Assembly: GCF_963921235.1 (NCBI RefSeq)
Contig: NC_086108.1
Coordinates: 48,052,001-48,116,000, forward strand
DNA: 64,000 nt
DNA from: Mobula hypostoma
Taxonomy: Eukaryota
Direction: 5' to 3'
Numbering within the stretch: position 1 is the first letter of the stretch; each line of letters begins with the position of its first letter. Made by a program: the position numbers and the translations under genes. The notes beneath the pieces were generated by a model, which ran no database searches, had not been told where the DNA came from, and was given only the letters and a program-made list of their open reading frames with translations. Below, one piece after another: positions 1 through 10,313 of the stretch.

Positions 1-929
1 ATCCTGAGATAGCCATGAAAGCACTGAAAACATTGCTTCTATTTCCAACATATCTCTGCGAAGCTGGGTTTTCTGCAATGAATGCAACGAAAACTAAATT
101 GAGAAATAGACTGGACATAAGGAACCCCCTTCGAGTATCGATGTCTCCCATCACCCCTCGATGGCACCGTGTTGTTGCAGGGAAGCAAGCCCAGGGCTCC
201 CACTGATTCAGCGATATTGGTGTGTTGCAATGATTTTATATATTCATACGGGGAAAATATGTGCTGTGCGTTTAATATCCAAATGTTACTTAAAATGTTA
301 TGATGCTATTGACTTACAAGTGACCCTATAACAATTACAGCACGGAAACAGGCGTTCTCTGCCCTTCTAGTCCGTGCCGAACGCTACTCTCACCTAGTCC
401 CACCGACCTGCACTCAGCCCATAACCCTCCATTCCTTTCCTGTCCATATACCTATCCAATTTTTCCTTAAATGATCATATTGAACCTGCTTCTGCCACTT
501 CTACTGGAAGTTCATTCAACACTTCAAGCTCCCCTGATAATTGACTTATCATTATATTTATGCGAGGAAAATATGCGCTGTGTGTTTAATATTAAATTCG
601 TTAGATAAACCCTTTTAGAAACAAAATTAAGTGTATTACCCACTTATCACCTATATTCCGGTCGTGATTAACACCCCAACCCCCATGAACAGAATCGCCG
701 AAAAGGATTTGCTTGGGGCGGGGTGGGGGGGGGGAGGAAATCGGCAGGTGACGACGCGCATGCGCATTGGTGCCCGCACAAGGCTTCAGGGTCATTGCAG
801 TCTTTTGGGTAAACAACGCATTTGACTGCTACTCTTGTCCGTTGGCAACCCTACCCCTGGCTGGCCGGTCCGCAAGAATATTGTCAATATTAAACCGCTC
901 CGCAGTGCAAAAAAGGTTGGGGACCCCTG
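1..929 (+). mobile_element. 3' end of a hAT-Charlie/Buster DNA transposon (transposase C-terminus and right TIR)
   Basis: ORF 15..206 has the PTYLCEAGFSAM..KTKLRNRL dimerisation motif of Buster/Charlie transposases. Terminal AAAAAGGTTGGGGACCCCTG ends at 929. Confidence 0.85.
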
Positions 930-2229
930 ACGTACAGTACCAGCAGATAAGGTCTGTTAGATAGGCATTATGATTGTTGGAGACATGGTGTTTATGACTG
1001 TATTGTTCTATATTCGAGTACACATATTATTGGTGGTGTAGATATGAGGATACTCAGGGCAGAAGTGGAGTCAGCCCTGATGTCTTTCAAAGTTAAATCT
1101 ATTTGTATTGATGTCTAAAGAGTTGTAAGGGGTCCAATAAAGAGATGGGTATGTTGAATGGACAGGGATAAACATAAGATAATATAGTAAAATGTATTGC
1201 TTTTTTAAGCTAAAACTCGTTGGATTAATTTCTAAATGCCAAGTTAGAAATGGGTTTCAAAGTTACCACTCTGTGATAACATTATTCAGCTGAACAGCTG
1301 CTTTTGTACAAATTCTTGCAAGCATGATGTGTACTTAGAAATGCAGCAACTTCCTCTATTTTGTGTAAACATATTAGTAATGTCTGTTTTTTCTCAGTAA
1401 ATGATAAATTTTTCCTGACAAACTCAATAAGACTTTGCAAGACATGTTGTTGTAATAGTGGTGCAGACTGTCTCTTTTGCAAGTTGGATCTGTTGCCATG
1501 GATATTTGTCAATAAGATTTTTTCTTCTGTGTGAGCCAGACTGTTCAGCTTGCATGCTGATCTTTGAATGTGAAAATACATATCAAGGAGAAATTTTCAC
1601 AAATAGGAGTTTGCAACCAATTTGCTAAAAATAAACAAATTGAAATATCGTTCACTGCTGTTGAAATGTTATTTCAAAAGAGCACAATCATCCCTGTCTC
1701 TGCCAAAAGGACTGCCTATTGGGGTACAGTTCCATGGATGTAGTATTGTAGAATTTCCTGCTTCCAAATGGCTAGTTCTTGCTGTTCTGTTGAAGAAGGG
1801 ATTTCTTTATGTGATCAACACGGTTCTGCCACAGCAACAAGCAGGAAATATTTGTCGGAATTTTTTTTTCTCTCTGCTCTTCATGCTCTGGTCACGGCTG
1901 CTGGAAATTCTTGATGGCAGCCTCCCTTGCAAGCAGATAGGAAATTATCCAGTAGTGGCCCTCATTTTAAATTAGGTTCCACAAGATGATTCAATGCCTT
2001 GGTGGTTCAAACCCAGCTTCACCATTCCTTTTGCAGATTTTCAGTGTAATGTTACTTCTGTTTAAACGTACCGTGGCTTAACAGTAAAGAATCATATTCT
2101 GGAAGAATTAGAGAACTTTTATTTACAGTAATAAACAAACACGTCTTAACCCAGCTATGTGCTGGAACATTCTGGCAATCCTGCACATGCTCAGTGCTCT
2201 GTCTAATCATGTACTGGCACATTATTGCA

Positions 2230-4355
2230 ACACACCTCAAAGTTGCTGGTGAACGCAGCAGGCCAGGCAGCATCTCTAGAAAGAGGTGCAGTCGACATTT
2301 TGGGCCGAGACCCTTCGTCAGGACTAACTGAAGGAAGAGTTAGTAAGAGATTTGAAAGTGGGAGGGGGAGGGGGAGATCCGAAATGATAGGAGAAGACAG
2401 GAGGGGGAGGGATGGAGCCAAGAGCTGGACAGGTGATTGGCAAAAGGGATATGAGAGGATCATGGGACAGGAGGCCCAGGGAGAAGGAAAAGGGGGAGGG
2501 GGGAAAAACCCAGAGGATGGGCAAGGGGTATAGTCAGAGGGACAGAGGGAGAAAAGGGAGAGAGAGAGAAAGAATGTGTGTATATAAATAAATAATGGAT
2601 AGGGTATGAGGGGGAGGTGGGGCATTAGCAGAAGTTTGAGAAGTCAATGTTCATGCCATCAGGTTGGAGGCTACCCAGACAGAATATAAGGTGTTTTTCC
2701 TCCAACCTGAGTGTGGCTTCATCTTTACAGTAGAGGAGGCTGTGAATAGACATATCAGAATGGGAATGGGATGTGGAATTAAAATGTGTGGCCACTGGGA
2801 GATCCTGCTTTCTCTGGTGGACAGAGCGTAGGTGTTCAGCAAAATGATCTCCCAGTCTGCGTCGGGTCTCACCAATATATAGAAGGCCACATCGGGAGCA
2901 CCAGACGCAGTATATCACCCCAGCTGACTCACAGGTGAAGTGTTGCCTCACCTGGAGGAACTGTCTGGGGCCCTGAATGGTGGTAAGGGAGGAAGTGTAA
3001 GGGCATATGTAGCACTTGTTCCGCTTACAAGGATAAGTGCCAGGAGGGAGATCAGTGGGGAGGGATGGGGGGGGGATGAATGGATAAGGGAGTCGCGTAG
3101 GGAGTGATCCCTGTGGAAAATGGGGGGGGGGGAGGGATCCCGTTGGAGGTGGCAGAAGTTATGGAGAATAATATGTTGGACTCGGAGGCTGGTGGGGTGG
3201 TAGCTTAGGATCAGGGGAACCCTATTCCTAGTGGGGTGGTGGGAGGATGGTGAGAGCAGATGTGCGTGAAATGGGGGAGATGCGTTTGAGAGCAGAGTTG
3301 ATGGTGGAGGAGTGGAAGCCTCTTTCTTTAAAAAAGGAGGACATCTCCCTCGTCCTGGAATGAAAAGCCTCATCCTGAGAGCAGATACGGCGGAGTCGGA
3401 GGAATTGCGAGAAGGGGATGGCATTTTTGCAAAAGACAGGGTGAGAAGAGGAATAGTCCAGATAGCTGTGAGAGTCAGTAGGCTTATAGTAGACATCAGT
3501 AGATAAGCTGTCTCCAGAGATAGAGACAGAAAGATCTAGAAAGGGGTGGGAGGTGTCGGAAATGGACCAGGTAAACTTGAGGGCAGGGTGAAAGTTGGAG
3601 GCAAAGTTAATGAAGTCAACGAGCTCAGCATGTGTGCAGGAAGCAGCGCCAATGCGTCATCGATGTAGCGAAGGAAGAGTGGGGGACAGATACCAGAATA
3701 GGTTTGGAACATAGATTGTTCCACAAAGCCAACAAAAAGGCAGGCATAGCTAGGACCCATACGGGTGCCCATAGCTATACCTTTAGTTTGGAGGAAGTGG
3801 GAGGAGTCAAAGGAGAAATTGTTAAGAGTAAGGACTAATTCCGCTAGATGGAGCAGAGTGGTGGTGGAGGGGAACTGATTAGGTCTGGAATCCAAAAAGA
3901 AGTGGAGAGCTTTGAGACCTTCCTGATGGGGGATGGAAATATATAAGGACTGGACATCCATGGTGAAGATAAAGCGGTGGGGGCCAGGGAACTTAAAATC
4001 ATGAAAAAGTTCAAGAGCGTGAGAAGTGTCATGAACATAGGTAGGAAGGGATTGAACAAGGGGGGATAAAACCATGTCGAGGTATGCAGAAATGAGTTCG
4101 GTGGGGCAGGAGCAAGCTGAGACAATAGGTCTGTCAGGACAGGCAGGTTTGTGTCTTCTCCTATCATTTTGGATCGCCCCCTCCCCCTCCCACTTTCAAT
4201 CTCTTACTAGCTCTTCCTTCAGTTAGTCCTGACGAAGGGTCTCGGCCCGAAACGTGGACTGTACCTCTTCCTAGAGATGCTGCCTGGCCTGCTGCGTTCA
4301 CCAGCAACTTTGATGTGTGTTGCTTGAATTTCCAGCATCTGCAGAATTCCTCGTG
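2230..4355 (-). mobile_element. Penelope-like element: 5'-truncated RT and GIY-YIG endonuclease, with an inverted terminal repeat copy; 16-bp TSD
   Basis: ORF 3536..4075 has TMDVQSLY, QTKGIAMGT and LRYIDD; ORF 2625..2951 has VIYCVWC..LYIGETRR. About 4153-4322 is the reverse complement of about 2230-2400. TSD ctggcacattattgca at 2214-2229 and 4356-4371. Confidence 0.92.
4225..4260 (+). ncRNA. Minimal hammerhead ribozyme motif of a Penelope terminal repeat (variant copy)
   Basis: AGTC-CTGACGA-A-GGGT(CTCG)GCCC-GAAAC-GTG-GACT. The core is intact, but the cleavage triplet is GUG rather than GUC. Confidence 0.7.
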
Positions 4356-4386
4356 CTGGCACATTATTGCACGTGATATCACCACA

Positions 4387-4399
4387 TCTTCCTTTCCTT
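4387..4399 (-). promoter_or_regulatory. Polypurine tract AAGGAAAGGAAGA
   Basis: Abuts the TG start of the 3' LTR on the - strand and is preceded by a T-rich run. Confidence 0.8.
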
Positions 4400-4628
4400 A
4401 AAAAGAAAAACAATTACCAACATTAATCAAAACACATCTATATCAGATAACTGAAACTCTGAAGTTGGCTCTTTTTTAAACCCTTTGCGATTCTTTCTTA
4501 ACACTGCTCCCCGCTCTGTTTGGACTATGTATGATCTGGTCTGTGTCCATGTGTTCCTTTTATCTTGTATCCTCACTTTGTCTCCTTGTCCTTCAGACAA
4601 ACGTCTCCTTTAGATCAGTCAATTCACA

Positions 4629-4755
4629 TTCCACTTCCATTTGTAATGAAATATGAATCTTCTTCATCTAATTCATTCATTAACTGTGTAATCTCTTTTT
4701 TATGCTGAGACTTTATCATTTCAATAATATTTCTCAGTTCTTTCACTTGTGCTTT
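4629..4755 (-). pseudogene. SH3KBP1: Captured processed fragment of SH3KBP1 (CIN85) C-terminal coiled coil
   Basis: Reads KAQVKELRNIIEMIKSQHKKEITQLMNELDEE/IHISLQMEVE, versus recalled human [44 protein letters not shown]. Frameshift at ~4660. Confidence 0.8.
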
Positions 4756-5039
4756 CACTGTTTCCTTATACTGTGCCCACTGTGAGTGTTCTTGCTCTAG
4801 ACGGTGATGAAACTGAATCTCATATTCTCTCAGTGTCTCTTTCATTATCGCTTGCATTGAAGCAACCTCCTCCTGCCATGCTTCTTCACATCATCAATTG
4901 CCTCCTGTTTGGTCGTCTCAGAAACTGCAGCTACTGCTCTTATGTTCTCCATGTCAGCATTTGCCTGCATGAGCTGGATCTGCAGTCGAGTTACTTCACC
5001 TTCTGCCGACTGTAATACAACATTCTGTCACTTCAGCTC
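4756..5039 (-). pseudogene. RABEP1: Captured processed fragment of RABEP1 (Rabaptin-5) N-terminal coiled coil
   Basis: Manual translation: ELK*QNVVLQSAEGEVTRLQIQLMQANADMENIRAVAAVSETTKQEAIDDVKK/WQEEVASMQAIMKETLREYEIQFHHRLEQEHSQWAQYKETV. It is collinear with recalled human DLKRQNAVLQ..EMENIKAIATVSENTKQEAIDEVKRQWREEVASLQAVMKETVRDYEHQFHLRLEQERTQWAQYRES. One stop (5028-5030) and one frameshift (~4879). Confidence 0.88.
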
Positions 5040-5566
5040 TGTGTCACTATCAAGACAAAAATTCTTTTCACCAAATTAGGTTTTTCACAGGCAGATAAAC
5101 CCAGAATTGACTGTACATTTTTTGGCATGACCACAAATGAAAGCGTGTGCACAATATTTTTGTGTGATACCTTTGCCATGCATGTTCCTTTAACTGGAAT
5201 GTCTGCACCTGAATACCCAGTCACTTTTATATTTGTCTGATGTAACTTCGGTCTGGCTTTAAAGTATTAAACTCAGATTCTGCAAGGGCAGTTACTTGTG
5301 CTCCAGTATCAAGTTTAAACAGAATATTGCAACGGAATAGTCCAGTCATTCTTACTTTGTTTATTTTCACAAAGCACATCTATATAAAATTCCTCACATT
5401 CATCTTCAAGCACAGCATTTACTTGTTTCATTTTATTTTCCTTCTTTCCACTTTTACAACAGCGGGGAAAATGATTAATCTTACCGCAGCCATTGTAAAT
5501 TTTGCCATGTGTGGGACAGTGATTTGGACAATGTTCCCGCGCACAGTGATCACATGACCTTTTTCT

Positions 5567-8460
5567 CAATATTCCTGGATTTCAGTGCTTTAAAAGGGAT
5601 AGAGAGGGCAGAAAAAGGGGAGGAGGGGTGGCATTACTGGTCAGGGATACTATTACAGCTACAGAAAGGGTGGGTAATGTAGCAGGATCCTCTTTTGAGT
5701 CAGTATGGGTGGAAGTCAGGAACAGGAAGGGAGCAGTTACTCTATTGGGGGTATTCTGTAGGCCCCCTGGTAGCAGCAGAGATACAGAGGAGCAGATTGG
5801 GAGGCAGATTTTGGAAAGGTGCAAAAATAACAGGGTTGTTATCATGGGTGACTTTAACTTCACTAATATTGATTGGCACCTGATTAGTTCCAAGGGTTTA
5901 GATGGGGCAGAGTTTGTTAAGTGTGTCCAGGACGAATTCCTGTCACAGTATGTGGACAGGCCGACCGGGGGAAATGCCATACTAGATTTAGTACTAGATA
6001 ATGAACCAGGTCAGGTCACAGATCTCTCAGTGGGTGAGCATCTGGGGGACAGTGACCACTGCTCCCTGGCCTTTAGCATTATCATGGAAAAGGATAGAAT
6101 CAAAGAGGACAGGAACATTTTTAATTGGGGAAAGGCAAATTATGAGGCTATAAGGCTACAACTTGCGGGTATGAATTGGGATGATGTTTTTGCAGGGAAA
6201 TGTACTATGGACATGTGGTCGATGTTTAGAGATCTCTTGCGGGATGTAAGGGATAAATTTGTCCCGGTGAGGAAGGTAAAGAATGGTAGGGTGAAGGAAC
6301 CATGGGTGACAAGTGAGGTGGAAAATCTAGTCGGGTGGAAGAAGGCAGCATACATGAGGTTTAGGAAGCGAGGATCAGATGGGTCTATTGAGGAATATAG
6401 GGAAGCAAGAAAGGAGCTTAAGAAGGGGCTGAGAAGAGCAAGAAGGGGGCATGAGAAGGCCTTGGCGAGTAGGGTAAATGAAAACCCCAAGGCATTCTTC
6501 AATTATGTGAAGAAAAAAAGGATGACAGGAGTGGAGGTAGGACCGATTAGAGATAAAGGTGGGAAGATGTGCCTGGAGGCTGTGGAAGTGAGCGAGGTCC
6601 TCAATGAATACTTCTCTTCGGTATACACCAATGAGAGGGAACTTGATGATGGTGAGGACAATATGAGTGAGGTTGATGTTTTGGAGCATGTTGATATTAA
6701 GGCAGAGGAGGTGTTGGAGTTGTTAAAATACATTAGGACAGATAAGTCCCCGGGGCCTGATGGAATATTCCCCGGGCTGCTCCACGAGGCGAGAGAAGAG
6801 ATTGCTGAGCCTCCAGCTAGGATCTTTATGTCCTCGTTGTCCACGGGAATGGTACTGGAGGATTGGAGGGAGGCGAATGTTGTCCCCTCGTTCAAAAAAG
6901 GTAGTAGGGATAGTCCGGGTAATTATAGACCAGTGAGCCTTACGTCTGTGGTGGGAAAGCTGTTGGAAAAGATTCTTAGAGATAGGATCTATAGGCATTT
7001 AGAGAATCATGGTCTGATCAGGGACAGTCAACATGGCTTTGTGAAGGGCAGATCGTGTCTAACAATCCTGATAGAGTTCTTTGAGGAAGTGACCAGGCAT
7101 ATAGATGGTCCGGGTAATTATAGACCAGTGAGTCTTACGTCTGTGGTGGGAAAGCTGTTGGAAAAGATTCTTAGAGATAGGATCTATAGGCATTTAGAGA
7201 ATCATGTTCTGATCAGGGACAGTCAACATGGCTTTGTGAAGGGCAGATCGTGTCTAACAAGCCTGATAGAGTTCTTTGAGGAGGTGACCAGGCATATAGA
7301 TGAGGGTAGTGCAGTGGATGTGATCTATATGGATTTTAGTAAGGCATTTGACAAGGTTCCACATGGTAGGCTTATTCAGAAAGTTAGAAGGCATGGGATC
7401 CAGGGAAGTTTAGCCAGGTGGATTCAGAATTGGCTTGCCTGCAGAAGGCAGAGGGTGGTGGTGGAGGGAGTACATTCAGATTGGAGGATTGTGACTAGTG
7501 GTGTCCCACAAGGATCTGTTCTGGGACCTCTACTTTTTGTGATTTTTATTAACGACCTGGATGTGGGGGTAGAAGGGTGGGTTGGCAAGTTTGCAGACGA
7601 CACAAAGGTTGGTGGTGTTGTAGATAGTGTAGAGGATTGTCAAAGATTGCAGAGAGACACTGATAAGATGCAGAAGTGGGCTGAGAAGTGGCAGATGGAG
7701 TTCAACCCGGAGAAGTGTGAGGTGGTACACTTTGGAAGGACAAACTCCAAGGCAGAGTACAAAGTAAATGGCAGGATACTTGGTAGTGTGGAGGAGCAGA
7801 GTGATCTCTGGGTACATGTCCACAGATCCCTGAAAGTTGCCTCACAGGTGGATAGGGTAGTTAAGAAGGTTTATGGGGTGTTAGCTTTCATCAGTCGAGG
7901 GATAGAGTTTAAGAGTCGCGATGTAATGATGCAGCTCTATAAAACTCTGGTTAGGCCACACTTGGAGTACTGTGTCCAGTTCTGGTCACCTCACTATAGG
8001 AAGGATGTGGAAGCATTGGAAAGGGTACAGAGGAGATTTACCAGGATGCTGCCTGGTTTAGAATGTATGCATTATGATCAGAGATTAAGGGAGCTAGGGC
8101 TTTACTCTTTGGAGAGAAGGAGGATGAGAGGAGACATGATAGAGGTGTACAAGATAATAAGAGGAATAGATAGAGTGGATAGCCAGCGCCTCTTCCCCAG
8201 GGCACCACTGCTCAATACAACATTCAAGAGGGATATTAGAGGAAGGTTTTTTACTCAGAGAGTGGTTAGTGTGTGGAATGCACTGCCTGAGTCAGTGGTG
8301 GAGGCAGATACACTAGCGAAGTTTAAGGGACTACTAGACAGGTATATGGAGGAATCTAAGGTGGGGGCTTATATGGGAGGCAGTGTTTGAGGGTCGGCAC
8401 AACATTGTGGGCCGAAGGGCCTGTACTGTGCTGTACTATTCTATGTTCTATGTTCTATGT
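5567..8460 (+). mobile_element. CR1-clade LINE, 5'-truncated, inserted into Gypsy gag
   Basis: Long EN-RT ORF, a short 3' UTR and a (TTCTATG)n tail at ~8439-8460. Gag sequence continues on both sides. Confidence 0.93.
5628..8390 (+). CDS. CR1 ORF2 remnant (partial AP endonuclease and RT, 920 aa) with an in-frame 65-aa duplication
   Basis: Motifs MGDFN, SDH, KSPGPDG, NYRPVSLTS, DFSKAFDKV, SGVPQGSVLGP and FADD. Confidence 0.85.
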   Translation: MALLVRDTITATERVGNVAGSSFESVWVEVRNRKGAVTLLGVFCRPPGSSRDTEEQIGRQILERCKNNRVVIMGDFNFTNIDWHLISSKGLDGAEFVKCVQDEFLSQYVDRPTGGNAILDLVLDNEPGQVTDLSVGEHLGDSDHCSLAFSIIMEKDRIKEDRNIFNWGKANYEAIRLQLAGMNWDDVFAGKCTMDMWSMFRDLLRDVRDKFVPVRKVKNGRVKEPWVTSEVENLVGWKKAAYMRFRKRGSDGSIEEYREARKELKKGLRRARRGHEKALASRVNENPKAFFNYVKKKRMTGVEVGPIRDKGGKMCLEAVEVSEVLNEYFSSVYTNERELDDGEDNMSEVDVLEHVDIKAEEVLELLKYIRTDKSPGPDGIFPGLLHEAREEIAEPPARIFMSSLSTGMVLEDWREANVVPSFKKGSRDSPGNYRPVSLTSVVGKLLEKILRDRIYRHLENHGLIRDSQHGFVKGRSCLTILIEFFEEVTRHIDGPGNYRPVSLTSVVGKLLEKILRDRIYRHLENHVLIRDSQHGFVKGRSCLTSLIEFFEEVTRHIDEGSAVDVIYMDFSKAFDKVPHGRLIQKVRRHGIQGSLARWIQNWLACRRQRVVVEGVHSDWRIVTSGVPQGSVLGPLLFVIFINDLDVGVEGWVGKFADDTKVGGVVDSVEDCQRLQRDTDKMQKWAEKWQMEFNPEKCEVVHFGRTNSKAEYKVNGRILGSVEEQSDLWVHVHRSLKVASQVDRVVKKVYGVLAFISRGIEFKSRDVMMQLYKTLVRPHLEYCVQFWSPHYRKDVEALERVQRRFTRMLPGLECMHYDQRLRELGLYSLERRRMRGDMIEVYKIIRGIDRVDSQRLFPRAPLLNTTFKRDIRGRFFTQRVVSVWNALPESVVEADTLAKFKGLLDRYMEESKVGAYMGGSV

Positions 8461-8689
8461 TTTCCAATGCCATCCTGCTCTCTTTCGGTTTCGTCGACGT
8501 ATTATTATATTTCTTGATATACTTGTGCTTTATTACAGCATTTAAATTGCAGTTTTCGACAAAAAGCTCTTCAGCCTGCAATGTCACGGTCTCAGAAGCT
8601 TTGCAAAGTGCCAAAGCTTTTTCGAAATTTAAATCTTACTCTCTCAACAGCCTTTCTCTCAGAGCATTATCTCGAATGCCACAAACAAG

Positions 8690-10313
8690 AAATTGATGCT
8701 CTATTAAAAGATTCCGGAAGTTTACCAAGTTTCAAAGAAGCCTCAAAAACTTTATAGAGCCAAGGAATCAATAAAGAAGCAAAACATTTATAAAATTCAA
8801 CGGTAAACCCATCAGGGCCAGGAGCTTTCCCCAGATTCATAGAAAAAATAACATTCTTAATCTCATCCATTGTAATGGAAGTATCTAATAAAGAAGACAT
8901 ATCCTCTGAAATCTGAGGGAAGTCTAACTTATCTAAAAAATCATTCATATATTTAGAATCTCGAGGAGACTCTGATTGATATAAAGAAGAATAAAAATCA
9001 CAAAAGGTTTGATTAATCCCCACATGATCCAATATCAATCGATCATTTTGGTTATAAATCTGATTAATTTGAGATTTAACATAATTAGATTTCAATTGAT
9101 TAGCCAGCAGCTTCCCAATTTTATCACTGTGAACATAAAAATCACTTCTTGTTTTCTTTAATTGGTTTACAATCGAGGACGAGAGTAGTAAACTGTGTTC
9201 CATTTGAAGTTCAGTTCTTTGTTTGTATAGCTCCTCAGAAGGAGCCATAACATATTTCTTATCAATTTCTTTAATCTTGTCCACAATTGCCATCTCCTCC
9301 TGCTTCTGTTTCTTCCTCAAAGCAACGGAATACGAAATAATCTGACCCCGAATATAGGCTTTAAAAGTGTCCCAAAGAGTGTTAACCGAAATATCTTCTG
9401 TATGGTTAATTGTAAAAAAAAGCTCAATCTGTTCATTCATAAAATTAACAAAGTCCGAGTCCTGAAGCAACAGCGAATTAAAGCGCCATTGTCTATTGTT
9501 TGGTATATTGGCCATAATTTTAATAGAAAGCTTAAGTGGAGCATGATCCGAAATGGTTATAGAATCATAATCACATTTAATCACTGAAGGAATGAGACGA
9601 GAATCAATAAAAAAATAATCAATTCTTGAATAGGAATGATGAACATGTGGAAAAAAAGGAAAAATCTTTTTCCTGAGGATGCAGAAAACGCCAAATGTCC
9701 GTCGACCCAGAATCAGAAAGGAAAAAATTAATCAAATTTGCAGATTTATTAGGTAAAGTCCGTAAAGGAGCCGAACGGTCCAAAGCTGGAGATAAACAGG
9801 TATTAAGATCTCCGCCCCAAATCAATGAAAACTCATTCAAATTAGGAAACTGATCAAACAATGATTTATAAAATTCCGGACAATCCATATTAGGAGCATA
9901 AACATTAACCAAAACTACTTTTTTATTAAATAGTAAACCACTAACCAATAAAAATCTACCATTCGGATCAGAGATAATATCCTGTTGTATAAAAGTAACT
10001 GAGGAATCTATAAAAATAGAGACGCCTCGAATCTTAGCATTGGAGTTCGAATGAAATTGTTGACCCTTCCAGAATTTGAAAAAACGTAGTCTGTCCCCCC
10101 TCCGTACATGGGTCTCTTGTAAAAATAAAATTTGTGCTTTAAGTCTCCGGAATCTTGGTTATCTTGGTTTCTTATGCTTAAATTACATTGTTTGTAGTAT
10201 TTTCTTTTTGGTATTGTTATCTTTTGGAATTTTATTATACTTTAACATTGCATTAATGTTTATATGGCTTACCTTTTTTGTATACTTACTCAATAAAAAG
10301 ATTTAAAAAGAAA
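8690..10313 (+). mobile_element. 5'-inverted, internally deleted L1 copy inside Gypsy gag; 16-bp TSD
   Basis: 8690-10152 matches ORF2 segment ~18543-20006 of the full-length L1. ~10157-10313 is the L1 3' UTR end in the opposite orientation, with AATAAA and an A-rich tail. TSD gaatgccacaaacaag at 8674-8689 and 10314-10329. Confidence 0.93.

Larger units (their letters stand above)
2045..4386 (-). repeat. 3' LTR of the Gypsy element, split by a Penelope insertion (2045-2229 and 4372-4386)
   Basis: Matches 10837-11036 up to 2229 and resumes as cgtgatatcaccaca after the second TSD copy. Confidence 0.9.

Noticed and set aside
4624..4857. Functional RABEP1 or SH3KBP1 exon, or an env-like gene
   Set aside because: It has a stop and frameshifts, lies inside an LTR element, and shows no signal peptide or transmembrane segment. 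Treated as captured pseudogenic cargo.
6140..7823. Antisense ORFs over the CR1
   Set aside because: Shadow ORFs of the RT coding strand.
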